Under the pieces are notes generated by a model. The model saw nothing but the letters and a program-made list of their open reading frames with translations, did not search any database and was not told the DNA's origin. Below, piece after piece: positions 10,415-18,849 of a stretch of 64,000 nt of DNA (positions within the stretch are counted from its first letter, which is position 1; each line of letters opens with the position of its first letter). The translations under genes and the position numbers were made by a program. The stretch is from Methanobacteriota archaeon (lineage in GTDB: Archaea; Halobacteriota; Bog-38; Methanoflorentales; Methanoflorentaceae): NCBI GenBank assembly GCA_963805115.1, contig CAWDSY010000007.1:145604-209603 (forward strand), given 5' to 3'.

Positions 10415-10435
10415 CCGCCGAAAAGCGGCTTTTTT
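10415..10435 (+). terminator. Short hairpin followed by a T6 tract
   Basis: CCGC-CGAAAA-GCGG then C-TTTTTT, downstream of the tRNA-Leu/sRNA region. Oligo-T tracts act as archaeal terminators. Confidence 0.35.
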
Positions 10436-10496
10436 GTACTTCATGGTTTCGATGCGGAGAAACACATCCACTGAGTGTTAGTGATTGCGGTCACTC

Positions 10497-10934
10497 ATGA
10501 AAAAGAAAATCAAAGGCATAGCTCGTGACGCATTGAAGTTTGTCCTTGAAGTGAGCGCGTCCTCGCACCCAAAAGAATTCGCTGGGATGTTATACGAGAC
10601 GGACGGGATTATCACGGACGTAGACGTTCCTATTACCCAGTCTTCAAACGTAAGTGCTGTCATGAATCTGTTTATGCTACCTGTCAACACACATACTGTC
10701 GGATCAGTGCACAGCCACCCGTCAGGAGCGCTCCAGCCCTCGGATGCAGATATTCGGCTGTTTATGCAAAGCGGTGACTACCATATTATTGTCGGCTACC
10801 CTTATGATATTACGAGCTGGACTTGCTACGACAGAATCGGCGACAGGAGGGAACTTGACGTGCTAGACGTTGAAATTGAAGAGAGCGCCGTGTATAGAGA
10901 TATACAGGAAACCTTCGGTGGCGAAAATGACTAG
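10497..10934 (+). CDS. JAB/MPN (JAMM) metalloprotease domain protein
   Basis: Contains the JAMM motif GSVHSHPSGALQPSDADI and an upstream Glu (HPKEFAG). ATG at 10497; the ORF track starts at a TTG at 10485. Confidence 0.75.
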   Translation: MKKKIKGIARDALKFVLEVSASSHPKEFAGMLYETDGIITDVDVPITQSSNVSAVMNLFMLPVNTHTVGSVHSHPSGALQPSDADIRLFMQSGDYHIIVGYPYDITSWTCYDRIGDRRELDVLDVEIEESAVYRDIQETFGGEND

Positions 10935-11352
10935 AGTACTCGCCACAGGCACGTTTGATATTTTGCATCCGGGTCATATCTTGTATCTAACGAAAGCAAA
11001 GGAGCTGGGCGACGAATTGTTTGTAATTGTGTCCCGCGATACCATGGTCCAGCATAAGTCAAAACCAGTAATCCCCGAGCGGCAACGGCTGCAAGTGGTC
11101 AGGGCCTTGGAGGTCGTCGATCACGCTGAACTTGGGAGCGAACACGACATATTCGAGCCCTTGATGACAATAAAACCAGACATCGTAGCCCTTGGCTTCG
11201 ATCAGTACTTTGACGAGAAGAAACTCCAAGAAGATCTTGACAAGAGGCACATCCCGTCCAAAGTCGTCCGGCTGCCGTTTCAAGACACCGGAGAGCTATC
11301 GGGCACTGAAAACATCATTCACGAAATCATTAAGCGTCGGGTGAAGTGCTAA
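10927..11352 (+). CDS. ribL: FAD synthetase, archaeal cytidylyltransferase type
   Basis: MTRVLATGTFDILHPGHILYL nucleotidyltransferase motif, about 141 aa. The ATG overlaps the MPN gene stop by 8 nt. Confidence 0.8.
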   Translation: MTRVLATGTFDILHPGHILYLTKAKELGDELFVIVSRDTMVQHKSKPVIPERQRLQVVRALEVVDHAELGSEHDIFEPLMTIKPDIVALGFDQYFDEKKLQEDLDKRHIPSKVVRLPFQDTGELSGTENIIHEIIKRRVKC

Positions 11353-12506
11353 GCCTGTGCCAGTGATGCTCCTATCCTGTTGATGCCATCCTCTATGTTT
11401 TGACGGCTCGCGGCGTACGACAAACGTACGTGACCCTCGCCGTTCGGTCCGAAAGCTGAGCCAGGCGTCACCGCGACAAGAGCATCCTGTAATAGTTTTT
11501 CAGTCACCTCAACAGAATTGCCGAACTGCGAGACATTCGCGAACGCATAAAATGCGCCCCTTGGGAGCGCGCATTCTATCCCCATTTTGCGTAGTCCGTC
11601 GATCATAATGTCTCGCCGCTTCTTGAATTCCGCCACCATTGCACGCATCGCGCCTTGGTCACCTCTTAGCGCCTCAACGCCAGCTCTTTGAGCAAAAGAC
11701 GTGGCGTGGCTTACTGAGTGTTGTTGGATCTTGAGCATGCCTTGAAGGATGGGGGCTGGCGCAGTCGCATAACCGAGCCTCCAGCCCGTCATAGCATAGG
11801 CCTTTGAAAATCCGTTTATCGTGATCGTCCTGTCAGGTATTAGGCTGCCTATGCTGTGATGCTGAGCGCCATAAATGATTTTTTCATAGACTTCGTCTGA
11901 CAGCACAAAGACACCGTGGTCTTCGGCCGTCTCAGCTGCGGTCTTTATTGCATTCTTGCCGTAAACGGCCCCGGTAGGGTTGCACGGGCTGTTTAGAATC
12001 AAGAGCTTAGTATCTCTAGTCATGTGACTCTGCAAGTCCACTGGTACATAGCCATCCTGTTCGGAAACAGGGACCATCACGGGCTTCCCACCAGCGAACT
12101 TAACGATCGCCGAGTAGGAAACCCAAGCAGGGTCGAGTAATAAAACCTCATCTCCTTCATCGATGAGCGTGCAGATCGCTTCAAATATCGCTTGTTTGGC
12201 GCCCGGTGTTACGAGTACGTCGGCTGGACTGACGTCGAGGTTGTTCTCATTTTTCAATCTCTCTGCTATCGCTTCTCGAAGTTCGGGAATTCCGCTGCCT
12301 TGAGTATAGTGTGTCTCACCACGATCGAGGGCCGTTTTTGCTGCTTTTTTTATGTTCTCCGGGGTTTCGAAATCAGGTTCACCGAGACTGAAACTAATAA
12401 TATCTCGACCCTCACTTCTGAGCTTGGCTGCGGTGTCCGCAATCTTCATTGTTGCGGACTCAGGTATATGCCGGACTCTTGAGGAAATGACCGGATTTGG
12501 GTTCAT
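11349..12506 (-). CDS. Aspartate/class I-II PLP aminotransferase
   Basis: 385-aa ORF with LNSPCNPTG and the PLP-lysine motif SFSKAYAMTGWRLGY. Confidence 0.8.
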   Translation of the reverse strand: MNPNPVISSRVRHIPESATMKIADTAAKLRSEGRDIISFSLGEPDFETPENIKKAAKTALDRGETHYTQGSGIPELREAIAERLKNENNLDVSPADVLVTPGAKQAIFEAICTLIDEGDEVLLLDPAWVSYSAIVKFAGGKPVMVPVSEQDGYVPVDLQSHMTRDTKLLILNSPCNPTGAVYGKNAIKTAAETAEDHGVFVLSDEVYEKIIYGAQHHSIGSLIPDRTITINGFSKAYAMTGWRLGYATAPAPILQGMLKIQQHSVSHATSFAQRAGVEALRGDQGAMRAMVAEFKKRRDIMIDGLRKMGIECALPRGAFYAFANVSQFGNSVEVTEKLLQDALVAVTPGSAFGPNGEGHVRLSYAASRQNIEDGINRIGASLAQA

Positions 12507-12928
12507 CAGAGTCTCTTAAAAAGCTTTACAGCGGCTTCTACAGCTCTTTTTGCATAGTCGACGCGTTCGTGTGCTTCTAGGCGGGACATTCTTGGACCTG
12601 ATATTCCCAAGGTGATTGGCTTGTTGTACTCAAGGGCTAGATCGGTAATCTTTCGCGTCGCGTGCTGTGCGACGATTTCGTCGTGCGCCGTCGCTCCTTC
12701 AATCACGCAGCCGATTGTCACCACTGCATCTACCCCGTCGTCTGTGGCCAAACTTTTGACTGCCAAGGGCATGTCAAAAACTCCAGGAACTAAAATGGTC
12801 TTCACGACATCAGCGCCTAGGAATGCCGCATGTTCTTTTGCGAGAATCTCCATCGGGTACGTAATGTCCCGATTAAATTCAGCCACGACGAATCCAAGCC
12901 TTACACGCACTTCATCTTTCTGTTCCAT
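12506..12928 (-). CDS. ribH: 6,7-dimethyl-8-ribityllumazine synthase
   Basis: 140-aa ORF. VVAEFNRDIT, VPGVFDMPLA and GCVIEGATAHDEIV are typical of lumazine synthase. Confidence 0.85.
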   Translation of the reverse strand: MEQKDEVRVRLGFVVAEFNRDITYPMEILAKEHAAFLGADVVKTILVPGVFDMPLAVKSLATDDGVDAVVTIGCVIEGATAHDEIVAQHATRKITDLALEYNKPITLGISGPRMSRLEAHERVDYAKRAVEAAVKLFKRL

Positions 12929-12950
12929 GATAATACTCCTGAGCAGCGCT

Positions 12951-13442
<492 letters not shown>

Positions 13443-14591
13443 TCACAGTCCCTCGAGCACGCGATCGGCCGCGAGCGTTCCTGCCCCCATCTCGTCAACG
13501 ATGCCGCCCTCCAGCAATATTAGCTCGAGCTTCTCTATTGCCTGCAATATGTCGCCCTTGCTGAGATTGCCCATGTTGCCTATTCGGAAGATATGGCCTT
13601 TGAGCCGTTCTTGGCCGCCGGCGATGATGATGCCTCGGCGGTGCATCCCCTCCTTCAGCGCCGCAAATTCCATTTCAGGAGGCACGTTGATTGCCGTAAC
13701 GGTGTTCGAATACGCGCTTGAAGGGCCAAGCTTTGGAAATAGCTCCAGGTCCATAGCCTGAACGGCTGTGCGAATCGATGAGGCATAAACGCTATACCGA
13801 TCGATGCGTGCCTCAAGTCCCTCAACCTCCAACAGTTTAAGAGCCTCTTCAAGCGCGAAGAACAGCGGCACGGCGGGAGTATAGGGTGTCTGCCCTTTTT
13901 CAGCTGCTTCCCTGTATGCGAGAAGGTCGGCGTAGTAAGGTCTTTTCTCCGCGGTTTTGATGACGTCCCACGCCCGATCACTTACTGAGACCATCGAAAG
14001 GCCTGGCGGCAAGCCAAGGCATTTCTGAGAGCCGGTAAACGCTATGTCGACACCCCATTTGTCTATAGGGGCTTGAATGCCGCCGATGGATGATACCCCA
14101 TCCATAATCAGCAGAGCGTCTTGCTTTCGACAGAGAGCGCCTATCTTTTGAACATCATTCGTCATGCCTGTGGAGGTCTCATTATGGACAACGGTGACCG
14201 CATCTGCCCCAGTTTCGAGTGCCTGTTTGACTTGTTCAACCTCGATCGACGTCCCCCAATCAGCGATGACCGCCGTTGAGCTGCCGTAAAGTACGGTCAG
14301 CAATTTCAGTCGTTCTCCGAACTTGCCGTTTTCGAGCGCAATATATTTTTTGTCTGTCCCGAGGTTTCCGACAGCTGCCTCCATGGCACACGTCCCAGAC
14401 CCGTTCAGGATAAGGACGTCGCTTTCTGTCTTGAAAACGCTGCGGAGTTTTTCTCGACTCTCGTCTAGGAGCTTCCTGAACTCAGGCCCCCTGTGATTGA
14501 TCATCGGTTTTGACATAGCGCGCAGCACTTGAGGCGCTACCGGAACGGGCCCGGGGAGCATTATCAGCGCGGTCTCAGTCGTATTGTCCAT
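13443..14591 (-). CDS. Class V aminotransferase (serine-pyruvate / alanine-glyoxylate type)
   Basis: 382-aa ORF with a VHNETSTG motif and the PLP-lysine motif TGSQKCLGLPPGLS. Confidence 0.75.
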   Translation of the reverse strand: MDNTTETALIMLPGPVPVAPQVLRAMSKPMINHRGPEFRKLLDESREKLRSVFKTESDVLILNGSGTCAMEAAVGNLGTDKKYIALENGKFGERLKLLTVLYGSSTAVIADWGTSIEVEQVKQALETGADAVTVVHNETSTGMTNDVQKIGALCRKQDALLIMDGVSSIGGIQAPIDKWGVDIAFTGSQKCLGLPPGLSMVSVSDRAWDVIKTAEKRPYYADLLAYREAAEKGQTPYTPAVPLFFALEEALKLLEVEGLEARIDRYSVYASSIRTAVQAMDLELFPKLGPSSAYSNTVTAINVPPEMEFAALKEGMHRRGIIIAGGQERLKGHIFRIGNMGNLSKGDILQAIEKLELILLEGGIVDEMGAGTLAADRVLEGL

Positions 14592-15142
14592 AAACGCGTT
14601 TCTCCTTCACACTATGTGCGCAAACAGCAATCGGTCTTCGTATTAAATCGCAGCACTCTGTATTTAGAGTTTTTTCGTACTACTTTCAGCGTTGTTGCTA
14701 ACTCACGGTCTTTCTCCCTTGCGGCGGCGAGGCTCGATGGCCTTGCTAGGGCTCTACCCTTACTCGTTTAAGTGTGCTCCAGAAGGCTCTTCTGGCCTAG
14801 GGTAAAAAGGGCTGAACAACAACAATGCATTTGTTCGTGTCCCGCATAAGCCAGGGCGTTGCCCTTGTCCTGGGGATGATAAGCGATGCGAGCGCAACAA
14901 CGTCACTTGCCTACGCATATTGAAAGAAGAGAAAGCTAAGGTTCAATGAGCACTGGAAACCGCCTTAGATCCGGTCAAAAAGAACGTTATGCGCAGAAAG
15001 ATGCGACTCTTTTAGATATCACGCCTTAATGCACCCGCATTCCTCCGCCGCCTGGGTTTTTAGGTCATCGGGGCACACCATTTACAGCTGCTCGGCCTCA
15101 CTGACGGGTGGCGCTCCTAAAGATCGTGGCGCGGCTCGCGGC

Positions 15143-15586
15143 TTAACGGTTTTGTTCTGCGATGTGCATACGCGCGGGGCGTATCACCATGACGCACGTG
15201 CGGGCGTTTTGCATTACCTGGGTCACTGTGCTACGCACGAGCAGTCTCGACGCTGAGAAAGAGTGTGCGTCTCCGAGCACGACGATATCATATTGTCCTT
15301 CGCTCACCTCGTCCAGGATCTCTTCGGCAGCGTGCCCCTCCCGCACAACCGCGCGGACGGCGAGACCCTGTTCTCGCATATGTGCGCAGAGAGGGTCGAG
15401 AAAGATCCGTCTCGCAGCTTTTTTCTCTGAGTCAACGTCTCCGACGGCACCCCGATCGCAGATGCCGAGAGTACTGCGGAGCCAGCTCTCTGCCAGATCA
15501 TTGATGTGCAGGTGATGTGCACATACGACGCAGAAAAGCTTGCGATTTCTGTGCTCGAAATCTATGAAGCATCCAAACCTTACTAC
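15143..15586 (-). CDS. Universal stress protein (UspA) family ORF without a canonical start codon
   Basis: The C-terminal half is clearly USP-like (GHAAEEILDEVSEGQYDIVVLGDAHS...VTQVMQNARTCVMVIRP). The frame is open for 148 codons from 15586. The only ATG/GTG/TTG is at 15379, and ATA sits at the expected start (15565). Confidence 0.5.
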   Translation of the reverse strand, partial: VVRFGCFIDFEHRNRKLFCVVCAHHLHINDLAESWLRSTLGICDRGAVGDVDSEKKAARRIFLDPLCAHMREQGLAVRAVVREGHAAEEILDEVSEGQYDIVVLGDAHSFSASRLLVRSTVTQVMQNARTCVMVIRPARMHIAEQNR

Positions 15587-15954
15587 TCAATCTTATGTTT
15601 TTAACTTTGCGAGTGAGCTGATGACTGAAGTCAATGGAACGCTGTTCGTGTCAGGGTATAGAGAAGAGCCAGTCGAACCTCACGAATGCAGGGCCACGGT
15701 TACGATCACGACTGAGCGGGCAAACGTGGTGAAAGCACAAAATGCCAGCGCGAAAACATTTGATGTCATGAAGAAGGCGCTTTCTGCTGCTAAATCGAGA
15801 GTGCGATAGCAACGATCTTCTTTAACGTTGAAAAGCCGCGTTATTATGATTCCACAAGACACAAGGCTTTTGCAACTTTGGATTCGTCAACTGCCGGCAC
15901 TGCGCAGCATCAAAAACCCGACGGTTTCTTTTCGCTGCAAATCGCACCGTCGTT

Positions 15955-16500
15955 CTAAGCGCCGCGCATCCGAAGCGCTTCAGTGTAAATCCGTCGGAGG
16001 TCATTAGACGTTGAGGCCTTTGATATGAGATCGCTGGTCGCAGCTTGGAATGCCGCTTCTGATTCGGCGTCTCTGTTGTGTGTTAGCCTAAGATCACACA
16101 GCGCCCACTGAAGGTAATCGTCGTGCGTATCCGGACTGGTATCTAAGAGCTCGCTTTGTGCGGCGGCATATTCGGCATCTAGCTCTGTTTCTTGCTCTTC
16201 GCTCTGCTGCGGTTGCTGCAGCTCGCTGATCGTTGCCATTTCAATGAGCTTGGCGTCGACGCCGCAGCAGTACGCGAGTGCTCGTGCTCGAGAGACAGGC
16301 GTGCTCTCGTGATCATTTCTCAGCATGTCGATGGCTTGTGCCATGACTTCGTGCAGATCTAGCAGTGTTTCGACGTGCTGCGGGCTCATATAGACGTTCG
16401 CCGAAAGGGTTTGACTCGTCAAACGTGTCAAACCCGCGCGGCGCCTTCGAGCATACGCGCGGTTATAGCTCCTGCGTTTCTCTGGGTCTTTAATCGGCAC
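15955..16500 (-). CDS. Hypothetical protein (basic N-terminus, acidic C-terminal half)
   Basis: 181-aa ORF starting MPIKDPEKRRSYNRAYARRRRAG, with no family recognised. Overlaps the upstream ORF by 11 nt (operon-like). Confidence 0.4.
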   Translation of the reverse strand: MPIKDPEKRRSYNRAYARRRRAGLTRLTSQTLSANVYMSPQHVETLLDLHEVMAQAIDMLRNDHESTPVSRARALAYCCGVDAKLIEMATISELQQPQQSEEQETELDAEYAAAQSELLDTSPDTHDDYLQWALCDLRLTHNRDAESEAAFQAATSDLISKASTSNDLRRIYTEALRMRGA

Positions 16501-16777
16501 GTTTTAGCTCGAGATCAGCCTTGTACATTAGTCTATCCAGCCACCTTGTCGCAATGAACCCATACATTATCATATCGATAAGGTCATCCGCACTGAACTG
16601 CGATGGATCGCTTCGCAAGCGGTTATACAGCCTAAAACACGCGACGGTGAGCTTTCTTAAATCTCCCACTTCGCCCGTGAAACGGCCATCTTTGTATATG
16701 TCAATAAGGCCTTGGTAGCGAATCTCGATGTCATCGTCGCTGTTTATGGGCTCCATTTCATCTTTGTCTTCTTTCAT
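16490..16777 (-). CDS. Hypothetical acidic protein
   Basis: 95-aa ORF with no family recognised, co-oriented and overlapping with 15955..16500. Confidence 0.4.
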   Translation of the reverse strand: MKEDKDEMEPINSDDDIEIRYQGLIDIYKDGRFTGEVGDLRKLTVACFRLYNRLRSDPSQFSADDLIDMIMYGFIATRWLDRLMYKADLELKRAD

Positions 16778-16897
16778 ATAACCTCCTTGTGTTTGAAAAG
16801 TGGCCGCCGGAGCACCACCCTATACTTATATGCTATTATGACATAAAAGAGGCATGATAGGGGCATATATGGGAACAGATGCCTATTTTATTGGAGG

Positions 16898-17783
16898 ATG
16901 TGCGCCGTGCGGATCGAAGAACTTAAGGAGCGACTACAAAACATTGGGATTGCCGTCTCTGAAAAGACACTTAGACGTTGGGGGGCTGGGGGCTTCATAC
17001 ACGATCATCTTTCGACGATGAAGCTGCCCGGAATAGGTCGGGGGAACTAGAGGAGTGGCCCGAAGAGTCGTTTGAAGAGGCCGCAGCGTTCCACGAGGTG
17101 CGCTATAGCGGCGTGGTAAAGCCCCGGGCTCTCACGAAAGAGATGTTCGAAACCATCAAAGACAGAGCTGAAGACATCTACACGACGGGAAGTGTGATCT
17201 GCATAATCCCCCCAATTACGCGCTGGATTGGGGCCTTCAAGCCATCCGATTTCCGGATCAGCTTCAAATACGGCTCGTGCCTGACCACGACCCATTAGAC
17301 GAGACCCTTTTTTCGGGTTTCCGGGAAGGAGAGTACCGAGAAAGTGTTGACAGGCTTGATGAAAAGATTCCCCTCTTTCCGGGAAACACGCCCGGGGAAA
17401 AAGCTGACGTTCTAAACAAGTTGCTCATCGTTTGGATCACCGCTACCGAAAAAGCTCGATACACGGAACGAGCAAGAACAGAAGGACGGGACAACGGCGT
17501 GTGGCCGATCACCAAGACAGCTAGGGTGAGTATCCACTTTGCTGCAAAGGTGGGGAAAGAACGCGATTCAAACGGGAAAGAAACAATCGCAGTACGCCGG
17601 AAGTACGTAGAAAGCGAGCTTGAAGAGGCCGACACGAATGAGATAGTCTTGTACAAAAACGAGGAGGACGTTCGGCAGCTTACGTTGCGCGCACTATCAC
17701 AGCATACCCTAGATCTTTTTGGCCCCCCGCCGTTCGACCTTGTCCATCAAGCTTTAGCGAAATACGATACGCCGCATGAATGA
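16898..17783 (+). pseudogene. HTH-containing gene broken into three reading frames
   Basis: ATG 16898 gives MCAVRIEELKERLQNIGIAVSEKTLRRWGAGG... with a stop at 17048. The sense continues in the -1 frame (ELEEWPEESFEEAAAFHEV..., to 17298) and again in the next -1 frame (17277..17783). The first shift is at a GGGGG run near 17040. Confidence 0.45.
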
Positions 17784-17859
17784 TTGCGGTGAAAGGACAA
17801 GAGCTTAAATAGAACACAGCGCGCTGCTTAAAGAGAAACAACGAACCCAAAAAGAACAA

Positions 17860-17908
17860 TGGGCTCGGCCGGATTCGAACCGGCGACCTCCGCCGTGTGA
17901 AGGCGGAG
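17860..17908 (-). tRNA. tRNA-Val(CAC) 3-prime half only (att-like fragment)
   Basis: Minus strand reads CTCCGCC-TTCACAC-GGCGGAG-GTC-GCCGG-TTCGAAT-CCGGC-CGAGCCC-A. No D arm or 5-prime acceptor strand lies upstream. Confidence 0.8.
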
Positions 17909-18222
17909 GCTTTTGGGCTTTCTGCGGCGTTTTCTGTGCTTGATATGACCACAAGAAATGCTAGCGCCCCTTCATGAACGGTCTGATAGATTTTGGTTGG
18001 CAACCCAGCGAGCATAGAGAACATATGCGGCAACCGAACCGTGGGGTAGCTGAACCTGGCTTTGGCATGGTGCATCGATATTTTGCTTCGGTGGATCTCG
18101 AGCAGTTCGCTTTTTGGCAATGCAACGTCAGCACAGAAGTTGGTATCAAGGTTAATAGCTGACATAAGTGGATAACCTAGGGGTTGCAGGCATAACCGTT
18201 GTGATTATCCGCAAATGACTAA
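17860..18222 (-). mobile_element. Module copy A: integrase-N-like ORF start fused to the tRNA-Val 3-prime half (putative int(N)/attR junction)
   Basis: The ORF from 18165 (MSAINLD...ELLEIHRSKIS...HEGALAFLVVISSTENAAESPKASAFTRRRSPVRIRPSP) reads through the tRNA fragment. Homologous copies lie at 22.4 and 39.5 kb. Confidence 0.55.
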
Positions 18223-18322
18223 CTGGTCCTTTGAGAACATGTCAATCAGAACGAAATTACGATGCTTCTGCGGTTAGTCTCCGCACAGAGCTGCGGCAAG
18301 GTTACATTTCGCTCTTTAATGC

Positions 18323-18583
18323 TCACAGAGAGTTATCGACGCGCTGGTCAAGGGGTGGCGCGACCCTTAATTTCGTGTGCCGTCGATAAATCACCTCGCC
18401 CACAAAACAGGCGATGAGGACGATGAAGAGCGAAGAAAGCGTGCTCGGCGATATGCCAGCTTCGTAGCCCATAAGCGCACTGAAAAAGACAAGACATGTG
18501 ACAACGGTTACTGCGATGATCACTGGATTCGCTCCTGTCGCGGTATATAGACGCAGATGCGCGATGTGGGTTATCAAGCACAT
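18323..18583 (-). CDS. Hypothetical small membrane protein
   Basis: 86-aa ORF with two hydrophobic segments (VIIAVTVVTCLVFFSALMGY, LSSLFIVLIACFVGEVIY). No family recognised. Confidence 0.35.
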   Translation of the reverse strand: MCLITHIAHLRLYTATGANPVIIAVTVVTCLVFFSALMGYEAGISPSTLSSLFIVLIACFVGEVIYRRHTKLRVAPPLDQRVDNSL

Positions 18584-18796
18584 AAGAATCGGTCAAAATG
18601 TTCATCTCGCATACTCCTTAACTTAACAGAATCTCATAGGAAAAATTAGTATATAGATCCTTATTTTATCTCCGATAAAATTGATTACCACGTGCTGCCC
18701 CCATACCTAGCGAAAAAGGGGCTGACATCGGCACGAAACTCTTCCCCAACTAGTTTCTCATACTACCTATATAAGCATGCTCGGACAAGCAAGGGC

Positions 18797-18836
18797 AAAA
18801 GTAGATTCATTTTCAAAAAAGTAGATTCATTTTCAA
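18797..18836 (+). repeat. Perfect 20-bp tandem duplication (AAAAGTAGATTCATTTTCAA x2)
   Basis: Two identical adjacent units ending 4 nt before the GTG at 18841 and 13 nt before the ATG at 18850 of the MacB-like gene. Confidence 0.9.
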
Positions 18837-18849
18837 GAAGGTGGAGAGC

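Noticed and set aside
14592-15142. SRP RNA, a C/D sRNA or a decayed gene in the 550-nt gene-free stretch
   Set aside because: No SRP helix-8-type GGAAG/AGCA motifs, no C/D box pairs and no convincing protein similarity in any frame. Only a small hairpin CCAGAAG-GCT-CTTCTGG at 14779-14795. Left unexplained.
15540-15809. 89-aa plus-strand ORF next to the USP gene
   Set aside because: Its first third overlaps the open USP frame on the other strand and no family is recognised. An internal start (MTEVNG.., 15621) is possible but unsupported.
17680-17859. C-terminal 60 codons of the 161-aa ORF 17680..18165
   Set aside because: This part is a read-through past the tRNA fragment, is antisense to the better-supported frame 17277..17783, and has no integrase-like motifs. 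Only the part upstream of the tRNA piece is treated as meaningful.
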